From NCBI GenBank assembly GCA_965223545.1, contig OZ245006.1, forward strand, positions 2,560,001 through 2,624,000: a DNA stretch of 64,000 nt, in the 5' to 3' direction. The stretch is from Planctomycetota bacterium (GTDB taxonomy: Bacteria; Planctomycetota; UBA1135; UBA2386). The translations under genes and the position numbers were made by a program. The notes beneath the pieces are model-generated. The model did not search any database. It had not been told where the DNA came from and was given only the letters and a program-made list of their open reading frames with translations. Positions within the stretch are counted from its first letter, which is position 1, and each line of letters opens with the position of its first letter. This document shows, in pieces, positions 18,317 through 27,341 of this stretch.

Positions 18317-19558
18317 ATGACACACGATCAGCTACCAGTGAGTGCCGGCGTGAGAGATGAAATTGCGCCAATAGTTCTTTCGGGTGATTACGGCCAATTC
18401 TCGTTGCGCTACTGCAACCTATGCGGGGTCGATCTTTCCGGAACCACGGGCCTCATGGCATGGTCACTCGCGGGCTCCGACCTGCGGGGAGCGCAGCTTC
18501 CGAAGGATATGGAGTTCAGCCTCCTAGAACGGGTCGAAGACGCCGCAAGACTTTGTCAGACAAGTTTCCTCGCACTACTTGCGGCCGCGTTTGTTTGCTG
18601 GTTGGTACGTATATCAACGAGTGACGCAGAAATGACGTTGGCGACAGTGCACGCCGATTTGCCCGTGGTTGCGGTAGGTGTAGATATTACGTATTTCTAC
18701 GTCCTTGCACCGTTACTGATCTTGCTGATGTACTCGTATTTCCACCTATCTCTCCAGAAGGTGTGGGAGTCCCTTGTAAACCTACCAACGTATTTCCCCG
18801 ATGGGCTGCGAATAGACAAGAAAATCTATCCTTGGCCACTAGCACGAATATCGGAGCTTGTCTTCCCGACTCTTTGGCGAGCGGCGTCATGCTATTCCAA
18901 GTGCCGCGTTGGCATTACGGTGTTGTTGTTTTGGTTTCTCGTGCCCGCCTGCCTAGTTGCGTACTGGCTGCACTACATCCAACAGCATAATCTCCTAATC
19001 TCTGGATGGCATGTAGCTCTTCTCGTTGGCGCATTGGCTCTAGACGTGTCGTTCGCGGGTCGCGCCCTGCAATTGATTACCCATAGCCGCAAAGAAACAG
19101 GGGCGCGGCCTCGTGAACTCTCGGAGCGCTGGTATACGCTCGACGCAGAATCCGTGCACAAGCGCTGGCTTAGAGTCAGGCGCTACTTGCTGAGTCTCAT
19201 TGTTGTTATAGGAGCAATCGCGACAGCTTACACGGTCGCAGTGATTCGCTACCAAGTGCACTGGCCCAGCAGACTGACAACGGTAGACATACAAAACCTA
19301 TCCTTGCAACGCGCGATGTTAGATCGGCGGGACTTAGATGGACTCAAGGCCTGTAGCGCAGACCTCCGAGACGTCAACTTGACCGGGTCAAGCTTATGCG
19401 GAGCGGATTTCCGAGGCGCGGATCTGCGTGGCGCCTTCTACTACGACTCAGACATCAGAAGATTCGTGACGAAGCAGTACTTGCTCGAGCGCGGAGCAAT
19501 ACACGACAAATACACCAAATTCGGCAAATCAAGCACAATCCAGGAAGCGCGTGACTGA
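18317..19558 (+). CDS. Pentapeptide-repeat polytopic membrane protein in AT-richer DNA
   Basis: ADLRD/VNLTG/SSLCG/ADFRG/ADLRG repeats plus an N-terminal repeat; about 5 TM helices between them. Confidence 0.82.
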   Translation: MTHDQLPVSAGVRDEIAPIVLSGDYGQFSLRYCNLCGVDLSGTTGLMAWSLAGSDLRGAQLPKDMEFSLLERVEDAARLCQTSFLALLAAAFVCWLVRISTSDAEMTLATVHADLPVVAVGVDITYFYVLAPLLILLMYSYFHLSLQKVWESLVNLPTYFPDGLRIDKKIYPWPLARISELVFPTLWRAASCYSKCRVGITVLLFWFLVPACLVAYWLHYIQQHNLLISGWHVALLVGALALDVSFAGRALQLITHSRKETGARPRELSERWYTLDAESVHKRWLRVRRYLLSLIVVIGAIATAYTVAVIRYQVHWPSRLTTVDIQNLSLQRAMLDRRDLDGLKACSADLRDVNLTGSSLCGADFRGADLRGAFYYDSDIRRFVTKQYLLERGAIHDKYTKFGKSSTIQEARD

Positions 19559-19806
19559 CACCTCGTTGTCAGGGCGGACTTGACTTTGCCCCGTTCTCGT
19601 CGAAACGAGGTTTGGTCGACCAGACTATAGACTAGTTCGCGGCGGGAGAGTTACTTCGCGTGGACCGATACTCGAGAGTCACGCCAAATGAGTCGCTGGT
19701 GCGAAAGCCACAGCAAGAGGATGGTAACTGCGCCCACAAGCATGCCGTCCATCGACACTCTCTCGGCAACAACGTAGCCATCAGTTTTGTTAGCGGACGA
19801 TGACGA

Positions 19807-20757
19807 TCAACGCGCGAACGGGTAGCCCGCGCGCAGCAATCCACCCAGGCCCAGCATCGGGTCGTCGATGTCGCAGTGCAGAGCCTCGCGGTAGACGCGC
19901 CGAATCAGGGCTTCGTCCAACACGGCGTCGCCGACTTCGGCGAGGATGCGATGGATCGCTGTGCGCCGCACGGTCTCGTTCAGGACTGTGTCTGCCGGCA
20001 ACGGCAGCTCGCCTGGTGTCGCGAGCAGGCGCTTCGGCCCTGACTCCACTGCACGCTTGGTCACGTCGCCTGGGCTCTTCGGACGGCCCTGCCCCAGCGC
20101 CGTGAGCGCCCAGATCTCGATACCCGCCTTGGTGACCCCCTGGCTCTGCAGCGAGAGCGCCGGCCCGCCGGTGGCAAGCTGCTCACCCTGCGCGCGATGG
20201 TAGGCAACGTGGGCGGCTCGCACGCGCTCGCGCTCGCCAAAGTGCGGATGCCTCGGGCGGAGCTTCGCGTACAAGCGCCCGGCCTCGACCAAGCGCGCGC
20301 GGTAGGCCTCCGGCGTGTAGACACCGCCGACCACGTCCAGCACACGACCCTCGTGGTCGAGCACGCAGGTTGCGACGTTGCCGTTGAGCGTGCGCCGCAC
20401 GGTGACGCCATTGCCGGGACCATCGCCGAAGTCGATGGTCACCTGGGGCGCCTCGCGCACCTTTCGCCAGGCGCACTCGAAGCCGGTGTTCATCAGCCGG
20501 ACGACGTCTGGATGGGAGAACAGCACGGTCCTCGCCAGGCGCGCGTTCGTTCAACAGAACTCGCGGTCGAGGTCGCCGAGTAGGAGAAACAGCAGCACCG
20601 GCCGCCCCGACTCGGCGGCGGCGGAGCGGGCTTCGGCAAGGGAGGCGTGCCAATCGACCAAACCGATGCTCGCCGGCGGATTGGCGTCAAGGGTGGCGGT
20701 TTGCGCCGGCACGGCGGCCGCGAGCACGGCGCCGATCCACAAGCTCAGGAGTTTCAT
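19807..20757 (-). CDS. Secreted thioredoxin-fold selenoprotein candidate (CU motif, selenoprotein N-like); UGA at 20551-20553
   Basis: ORFs 20551..20757 and 19807..20526 are in one frame separated only by TGA: DWHASLAEARSAAAESGRPVLLFLLLGDLDREFC-U-TNARLARTVLFSHPDV. 316 aa with readthrough. Confidence 0.85.
20518..20548 (-). promoter_or_regulatory. Bacterial SECIS-like hairpin
   Basis: Starts at the third nt after UGA: GAAC-GCGCG-CCU[GGCG]AGG-ac-CGUGC-u-GUUC, 12 bp with a G-led apical loop. Confidence 0.7.
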
Positions 20758-21068
20758 GACGAAGCAGCATGCATCGCGCGCGGCCGGCGCGGGGTCACGA
20801 GTACGTCACTGGCCGAGCGTCGGCCACACCGCGTTGGTCTCCGGCCCGGAAAGGCGACTGCACACCTGCCCGAAATCGAGGGCCATTCTCGAGAGGGGTA
20901 CCGGTGTCTTGCGCTCAAGAGAGCTGTGGTCCGGTTGGTCAAGGAAGCGGCCCATGGCCGGCCGGCTGACCAAATCGAGAGCGACTGCCGCGCGAGTGCA
21001 TCTCGAGCGAGGGATGCCATGGCCCCGTGACGCGAGGGGCAGCACTCACGCGGGACCGAGCCGACGCG

Positions 21069-24000
21069 TCAGCGGCGCAACAGCGTCTCGACGCGTCGTC
21101 TCTCGTACGGCGTGAAGTCGCGGAAACACAGCACCTCCGCCAACGCCTCCAGCTCGTCGTCGTCGATGGGCCAGATCCGAACCGCGCGATCCGAGCCCGC
21201 CGTCAACACGCGCTTGCCGTCGGGGGAGAACGCCGCCCAGGTCACGATGCCTCCGTGCGGCAGGTCGATGAACGGCCGGCCCTCACGGGTGAACACGCGG
21301 GCACGACCGTCCGCGCCGGCCGTCACGAACCGCCGACCGTCGGGGGAGAACGCCACGCACTCGATCCGGCTCTCGTGGGCTGCTTCTTGCCGTTCGATCG
21401 TCCCATCGGTCCGCAGCAGCCAGAACGAGCCGCCGACTCCAGCGGCCAGCAAGCGTTGTGGATCGAGCGGATCGACGTCGACACCCAGCAGGTATTCCAC
21501 TGGGTCCTCGGTGTGGAGTTGGCGGTGGCTGCCGGCCGCGAGCCGTCGGATCCCGTGCTTCTCTGCCAGGAACGACACTCCATTGGGACCCGTGGCGACG
21601 GCCGCGCCCCCGGTGGTGAGAGGCACGTTCCACAGCACGCGTCCGTCCGCCGCATAGCAGGTGACGCCGCCTGTGTAGTACGGCACGATGAGCTCACCGC
21701 TCGGGGAGAATCCGATCGCGTATGCCCGTCGGCCGGCTCCGTCGAGGACCGGCAGCTCGGCGAAGGGCTCGGGGTCTCCTGGCCGGCATCGGAAATGGCG
21801 CATCGGCGAGAGCGCGCCACAGGTTGCGAGGCGCACGCTGCCGTCCGGGAGCCGCTGCGGGGAGACGGCGATGCGCAGGGCCCCGCCGGCTCCCCCGCGG
21901 AGTTCAGGGAGGGGTACCTCGCCGACGATCGCTCCGGTCTCGGTGTCCCAGAGGCTCAGGGTGTTCGGCGCGGCAGCGCAGACGACGTAGCGCTCGTCGA
22001 TCCAGGCCGCGCACCACACGTACCGCTGGGCCGGGCGAAGCACCGGGAAACCGGGCACCATCGTCTTCCAGCGTCGCACCGTGTCGTGACCTGCGCTCAA
22101 GAGCTCTTGGCCGGATGCGGAGAAGGCGATGTGCGAGGGGGTTCCGCTGTGGCCGCGCAGGACCGAGCGAACTTCACCGTTGAGGCCGAGGACGTGGATT
22201 GGTCCCTGGTGAAACGCCGCGACGAGGGATCCGTCGTCGGGCGCGAACGCACAGGACTCCGGGTTGCTCTCGCCGAGGTGGGACCACTCGGGGCGGGCTT
22301 GGTTCGTCGCCCATAGGCGGACTCTGCGATCGAGGGAGCCGACGAGCAATCGAGTGCCCTTGTCGTCCATCGCGAGACAGGTGATCGTGTGCGCTAGCTG
22401 CTTGGGCTCGGCGATCGACTCGAGTGACTCGGTGTCCAGGACCTCGATCGATCGGTCCAACAGCCCCAGCGCAAGCCGTCTTCCGTCGCGTGACAGCGCA
22501 CTTCTCAAGACCTGCGTGGCTCCCACGCCACGCGAGAGCATGACGACCGCAGCGTCTCGCCGGAGTTGTTTCTGAATGACTCCGGTGGCGTCCTCGCGCA
22601 TCGCGTCGGGTCGTACCGCCGCGCGGGCAAGGAGCCTGGATCCCGAAGTCGCGTTCGTGACGACAACCGATCCGTCAGTCGCCACCGACAGCAGCTTGTC
22701 GGCCTCGGCCAACACGTACAGGGCGAGCACCTGGGCGCCATCGTCGTGCGCCGGAGCGCTCCACAGCATTGTTCCGCTGGCCGAGACGGCGTGGATACGC
22801 CCCGACGCGTCTCCCCAGAAGAGCCGTCCCGCCGGATCGAAAACCGGGCGCGTGCGCATGCCAGCTTGCGTCTGCTGCGCAGCATCGTCGCCCACAGCGC
22901 CTTCTTCTGGCAGCTTCGTCGGGAGGTCGAGCTGCTCGTCGGAGGCCGCCGAGTACAGACGTGGCCACTGCCCAGGGTTTCCTGCGACGAACCGTGTGCC
23001 GTCCGGTGACCAGGCGGCGAAACGACCGCTCCCCCGAAGAACGCGGCGCCAGGTACCCGCGGTCGACGTGAGCGACTCCGATGGCCCCCAGACGCCGCAC
23101 AGCAGCGTGCCTTCGTCGTTCGGCGACGGCGCCGCCCACCAAGCAATGTCACCGGTCCGGACCTCGTCTGTCTGGTGCATCCGCAGCAAGGCAGCGACGA
23201 GGCGCGTGCGCGTCGCGAAATTTCGAGCACGGTCGAAGGCGTCCCTAGCCAGCAGCGCTCCGAACGCCGGATCGCCACCGGACAGCTCGTTCATCGCGCT
23301 AACCTCGAGCCGCGCGGCGATGTCCGCGGCCTCCCGCTCAACCGAGACGAGCCGCGCAAGCAAGGCCAGAAGTAGCAGGACCGCGCCGACCGACGTCGCG
23401 GCGATGGGATGCCGGCGCGCCAACACAACGGCGCGCCGCAACGGCCCGGGAGCGCGGGCCGTGACGCGCTGACCGCGCGTTGCGCACTCGAGATCGTCGG
23501 CCAGAGCTCCCGCGTCGGCGTAGCGCCGCGCTCGGTCCTTCTCGAGGCAACGGTGCACGACCAGCGCCAGCGTGCGCGGGACCTCCGGGTTGTGCCGCCG
23601 CACCGGCGTCGGCTCGTCGCCGAGGATCCTGCGGTACAGGTTCTCGCGGTGCACGGCCTCGAACGGGGGCCGCAGCGCCAGGCACTCGTATAGGGTGGCG
23701 CCGAGCGACCAAACGTCGGCTCGCGGCGTGACTCTCGCGTCGCCGCGCACTTGCTCGGGGGGCATGTAGGCCGGCGTGCCGAGGGCCGAGCCGGTGCGCG
23801 TCAGGCTGGCCGCGGCGTCGCTCCAGGCCAGGCCGAAGTCGAACAGCACCGGTGCGCCGCACTCGCGCAGCATCACGTTGGCGGGCTTGACGTCGCGGTG
23901 CACAACGCCCTCGGCGTGCAGCCGCGCCAGGCCGCGGGCGATCTCCGCGACCCAACGGGTCGCCGCACGCCAATCCGGCGCGCCGGCAGCGACGTGACGC

Positions 24001-24518
24001 CGCGCTCGCGCGAGCCGGTCGGTCAAGGTCTCGCCGGCCAGCAGCTCCATCGCCAGAAACGGCGTGCCGTCGACCGCGCCGATCTCGTGAACGCGGCACA
24101 GCGCTGCGTGCCGGTGACGCGCCAGCACCTCCGCCTCGTGGCGGAACCGCCGCTCGGCCGCGGCACTCTCGATCAGCTCGGGACGCAGTACCTTCAGCGC
24201 GACCGTCTCGTCCGTCCGACGGTCCACGGCGCGGAACACCACGCCCATCGCTCCAGCCCCGAGGAGCTCGTCGAGGCCGTAGTCCCCGAACTGGCTGCCG
24301 CTCCGGAGCGCCACCGCAGGAGCGTCGTCCGGGGCAACGCCGAGCCGCTGCAAGTAGCGGAACCGCTGCCGCAAACCCCGGGCCCGCTCCGGGTGCTCTC
24401 GACACACTCTGTTGAGCGCGCCGCTCCACTCGGCTTCGGGCGCCGACAGCACTCGGTCGAGGAGCCGGTCGAGTTCGTCCTCGAACCACGGCGACGGTAC
24501 GGCGTCTGGCATGGGCAC
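21069..24518 (-). CDS. Membrane Ser/Thr kinase with WD40 repeats
   Basis: GAGAMG, HRDVKPAN, DFG, GTPAYMPPE; TM segment; repeats such as AFSPDGKRVLTAGSDRAVRIW. Confidence 0.93.
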   Translation of the reverse strand: MPMPDAVPSPWFEDELDRLLDRVLSAPEAEWSGALNRVCREHPERARGLRQRFRYLQRLGVAPDDAPAVALRSGSQFGDYGLDELLGAGAMGVVFRAVDRRTDETVALKVLRPELIESAAAERRFRHEAEVLARHRHAALCRVHEIGAVDGTPFLAMELLAGETLTDRLARARRHVAAGAPDWRAATRWVAEIARGLARLHAEGVVHRDVKPANVMLRECGAPVLFDFGLAWSDAAASLTRTGSALGTPAYMPPEQVRGDARVTPRADVWSLGATLYECLALRPPFEAVHRENLYRRILGDEPTPVRRHNPEVPRTLALVVHRCLEKDRARRYADAGALADDLECATRGQRVTARAPGPLRRAVVLARRHPIAATSVGAVLLLLALLARLVSVEREAADIAARLEVSAMNELSGGDPAFGALLARDAFDRARNFATRTRLVAALLRMHQTDEVRTGDIAWWAAPSPNDEGTLLCGVWGPSESLTSTAGTWRRVLRGSGRFAAWSPDGTRFVAGNPGQWPRLYSAASDEQLDLPTKLPEEGAVGDDAAQQTQAGMRTRPVFDPAGRLFWGDASGRIHAVSASGTMLWSAPAHDDGAQVLALYVLAEADKLLSVATDGSVVVTNATSGSRLLARAAVRPDAMREDATGVIQKQLRRDAAVVMLSRGVGATQVLRSALSRDGRRLALGLLDRSIEVLDTESLESIAEPKQLAHTITCLAMDDKGTRLLVGSLDRRVRLWATNQARPEWSHLGESNPESCAFAPDDGSLVAAFHQGPIHVLGLNGEVRSVLRGHSGTPSHIAFSASGQELLSAGHDTVRRWKTMVPGFPVLRPAQRYVWCAAWIDERYVVCAAAPNTLSLWDTETGAIVGEVPLPELRGGAGGALRIAVSPQRLPDGSVRLATCGALSPMRHFRCRPGDPEPFAELPVLDGAGRRAYAIGFSPSGELIVPYYTGGVTCYAADGRVLWNVPLTTGGAAVATGPNGVSFLAEKHGIRRLAAGSHRQLHTEDPVEYLLGVDVDPLDPQRLLAAGVGGSFWLLRTDGTIERQEAAHESRIECVAFSPDGRRFVTAGADGRARVFTREGRPFIDLPHGGIVTWAAFSPDGKRVLTAGSDRAVRIWPIDDDELEALAEVLCFRDFTPYERRRVETLLRR

Positions 24519-24537
24519 GAAGATAGGCGCTGGATCG

Positions 24538-25995
24538 TCAAAGGATGGTCACCCTCAGGCCCTCGGTGGCGTGCACGCCGGTGCCGGCGAGGTGGAGGGA
24601 CTGCAGGAACAGGGCGGCCCCGAGGGGGGCAGAAGTAGGGAGCGGGAAGCTCAGCACGCTACGCCGGCTGCCTGGCTGCAGGATCATGGGGAGGGACAGC
24701 AGTGCCGCGGGATCGAGCAGGAGGCTGACGCCGAGGCTCGGGATCGGGATCGGCTGCGCGGCCTTGGCCACGCCAGCGAAGCACACGCCCAGCGCTGGCG
24801 ACGTCGCCGGCGCCGGCCACGCGACGTCGACGAAAAAGGCCGCGTTGCCCGCGCGCGGCAGGCGATCCGGGTGAGGGGAGGTGGACCAGCGGTAGGTGGG
24901 GCTCGGGCCCGAAGGCGTGCCACACCGCACGGGGGCAGGCGCCACAGCGATGCCGGACAACGGCCCGCGGGCCCCGCACAGAGTGAGGTTTGCCAGCGGC
25001 GTGATGGCGCCGGTCGCCTGCTCGAACCAGTGTACGCCACCCGTCGCCGTGCTGGCGAGCAGGCGGCTGCCCGCCAACGCCAGCGCGCCGGTCGTCGGCT
25101 CGACGGCGACTGCGCGGACGTTCGCCCAGGTCGTGCTCAGCGCCGTGGTGGCGAACGGTGGATCCGGGTCGACGCGCAGGAGTGAGGGCAGTCCCGCTCC
25201 ATTGAGCTGCACCGAACTCACGATCACGTTGCCGTCGGATTCGACCGCGAGATTCCGGCACGCGCCACTCATCCCTGGCAACATCGTGCTGACCTGCGCC
25301 GGGGCCTGAAGCGGGAAGCGGTACAGCGCACTGCTCGTTGGCGTTTCGACCCCGAGATAGGCCATCCCCGATACACGGTCGTAGGCCACGGCTCGGACGG
25401 CACCGGTGGGGTTCCAGCCACCGAAACTCAGAGGCGTCACAGCGCCCGTGGTCAGGTTCGTGGTGAACACCTGGACCCACGTGGTCGGCCCGGTGCCAGC
25501 GGGCAGCCCTGCGAGGTTGTTGGCCGCCACCAGCACCACGTCGGGCTGGACGAACGCGAACTGCAAGATCGCGCCGCCCGGGTTGCGCGCCCTGCCCAGG
25601 GGGATCGTCCGCACGACAGTGCCGGCCGTCCCGGTGAGCGACACGACGTGGAGGCTGATCGGCTGTCTGGCCGGCGCGGTCGTGCCCACGACCAGGTGGC
25701 CGGTGGACGGATCGAGGACGATCCCCGAGGCGCCCAAGGACCCGGAGCCGCCGTAGCCGGCGCCGGTGAGGGCGGCCGGCAGGCCGGTGACGCAGAGCAG
25801 CGAACCAGGCCGGCGGGGGTGCGCGAGGTAGATGCCCCCATCGCCCGTGAACACAGACGCGGGCTGGCGCCATGAGCTGACCGCGTAGTACCCGTCCGGC
25901 ACCTGCGACGAGGCAGGTGCCGCCAGGGCGGCGGCGGTCACGACGAGGGAGACGAGGCCTGCGTTGCGGAGGCTCGGGATCGACTGCGAGTTCAT
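24538..25995 (-). CDS. Secreted beta-propeller protein with conserved C-terminal domain
   Basis: Signal peptide from MNSQSI (ASS-Q); blade-like repeats (IVLDPSTG, VAYDRVSG, LAVESDG, VAVEPTTG). Confidence 0.8.
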   Translation of the reverse strand: MNSQSIPSLRNAGLVSLVVTAAALAAPASSQVPDGYYAVSSWRQPASVFTGDGGIYLAHPRRPGSLLCVTGLPAALTGAGYGGSGSLGASGIVLDPSTGHLVVGTTAPARQPISLHVVSLTGTAGTVVRTIPLGRARNPGGAILQFAFVQPDVVLVAANNLAGLPAGTGPTTWVQVFTTNLTTGAVTPLSFGGWNPTGAVRAVAYDRVSGMAYLGVETPTSSALYRFPLQAPAQVSTMLPGMSGACRNLAVESDGNVIVSSVQLNGAGLPSLLRVDPDPPFATTALSTTWANVRAVAVEPTTGALALAGSRLLASTATGGVHWFEQATGAITPLANLTLCGARGPLSGIAVAPAPVRCGTPSGPSPTYRWSTSPHPDRLPRAGNAAFFVDVAWPAPATSPALGVCFAGVAKAAQPIPIPSLGVSLLLDPAALLSLPMILQPGSRRSVLSFPLPTSAPLGAALFLQSLHLAGTGVHATEGLRVTIL

Positions 25996-26022
25996 GTCGT
26001 CTTCCAGTTGAGAGAAGCGTTC

Positions 26023-26062
26023 CCCGTCTCGGACGGATTCCTCGCGGGCGGCGTAACGGCGC
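26023..26062 (-). promoter_or_regulatory. Putative ECF promoter GCGCCGTKACG-N14-TCCGTCCGAGACGGG
   Basis: Upstream of the 25995 gene; 25 of 26 motif bases match 26766-26805 while the spacer differs. Confidence 0.7.
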
Positions 26063-26098
26063 GCGATCGAGAAACCCGGATGCTGACGGCTACCTGGG

Positions 26099-26731
26099 TC
26101 AGGGCCGGCCAACGCCACCCTGATCGATCCGCTCGAGCTCGCGGGCCAGGTTGACCATCCCGCGCCGCAGCAGCATGCGGGACGCGGGCTCGGTACGACC
26201 GAGCGCTGCCGCAATCTCGCTGTGTGGCATACCGAGAAGCCGCGCCATCGTGACCGCCTGCCTCTGGTCCTCGGGGAGCCTTTCGAGCGCGCGCTCGAGG
26301 ATGCGCGCGTCCTCGGCGCGCATCGCTTGGGCGCTGGGCGTCGACAGCGCGCGGACGGCGGCCGCGAGGTCGAAGTCGCCCGCGACCGACGGCGACACGC
26401 CAGCCTCGCGGTGCACGTCGCGCTTGCCGGCGCGGTGGTGCCGCTGCTTGTCGATGATTTTGTTGAGCGCCGCCCGCCGCAGCCACGCGCGGAAGCCAGC
26501 GCGGTCAGCGAAACTCTCGCGCCCGAGCTCGGGCAGCAGGTCCGCGGCCACGGACTGCGTGACGTCGCTGACCGACTCGCGAGCCAGGACGTCGGGGCCG
26601 ACATTGAGGCGTACGAACACCGACAGCTCGGGCAGGTGGGCGGCGAGCAGCGTGCGCAGCGCGGCAACGTCGCCTTCCTGCGCGCGTCGGGCGAGGTCTT
26701 CGGGCCAGGGGACCGCCGGATCCTCCGTCAT
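26099..26731 (-). CDS. ECF sigma-70 factor, kinase-associated
   Basis: RESVSDVTQSV, FRAWLRR, STPS, LPEDQRQAV..GMPHSEIAAALGRT. Confidence 0.92.
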   Translation of the reverse strand: MTEDPAVPWPEDLARRAQEGDVAALRTLLAAHLPELSVFVRLNVGPDVLARESVSDVTQSVAADLLPELGRESFADRAGFRAWLRRAALNKIIDKQRHHRAGKRDVHREAGVSPSVAGDFDLAAAVRALSTPSAQAMRAEDARILERALERLPEDQRQAVTMARLLGMPHSEIAAALGRTEPASRMLLRRGMVNLARELERIDQGGVGRP

Positions 26732-26765
26732 GCCCCGCCAAGCATAGCACCGGCTTCTCGGCCTT

Positions 26766-26805
26766 GCGCCGTGACGGCATCCGAGTGAAGTCCGTCCGAG
26801 ACGGG
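26766..26805 (+). promoter_or_regulatory. Second copy of the same ECF promoter motif, divergent from the sigma gene
   Basis: GCGCCGTGACG-14nt-TCCGTCCGAGACGGG. Confidence 0.65.
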
Positions 26806-26995
26806 TGGGTCGAATACTCCGGTGCGGTCGGAAGCCCTATGGCGGCGAGGTCGACCATGAGATCGACCAAGTGGTCAGGTCCTGCGCCGGATTTGGACGT
26901 GACGATGGTGGACCTCGAAAGGCCGGCGAGGAGTTCGGAGCCCAAGCGGCTTCGATCACGTCCTTCACCCAATTGGACCCCGGCGCCAGAATCGA
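26804..26995 (-). pseudogene. Relic fragments of a paralog of the 8203-10767 gene
   Basis: DHLVDLMVDLAAIGLPTAPEY versus DHLVDVTIDLAAMGLPTAPEY, and ILAPGSNWVKDVI versus ILASGPNPVKDVI. Confidence 0.75.
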
Positions 26996-27341
26996 AACGT
27001 ACTCCGCACGGCACCCGGAACAGAGCGGCGCTGATTCACCTCAGTCAGTCAGTCAAGCCATCCACAATGCTGGAGTGCTCCGTCGGGTCGGGGATCCCCA
27101 GCTGGGCTCCGCCGCCACCGACCAGGCGTGGAACAACCCACGTCAAGGCGCTCCGCGTCCGATCGGGGCACCTGCCGGAAAGCTCCGATCGAGCGTTGCG
27201 CGTGGTTCGCGCTCGAGCACCTGCGGACGATGGACAACGCAGAGTCGCGGCAAAGCAGACGGCGATCGCGGTAGAGTGCGGTCCCAGCGCGTCCCCCTTT
27301 CCCTCATCCAGCGAACCAAGGCACGCTTCCGCCGATTCCGC

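Noticed and set aside
19561..19800. Possible attC site or terminator after the pentapeptide gene
   Set aside because: A loose hairpin and a GTTAGCG exist, but there is no matching RYYYAAC box, no integrase and no U-tract.
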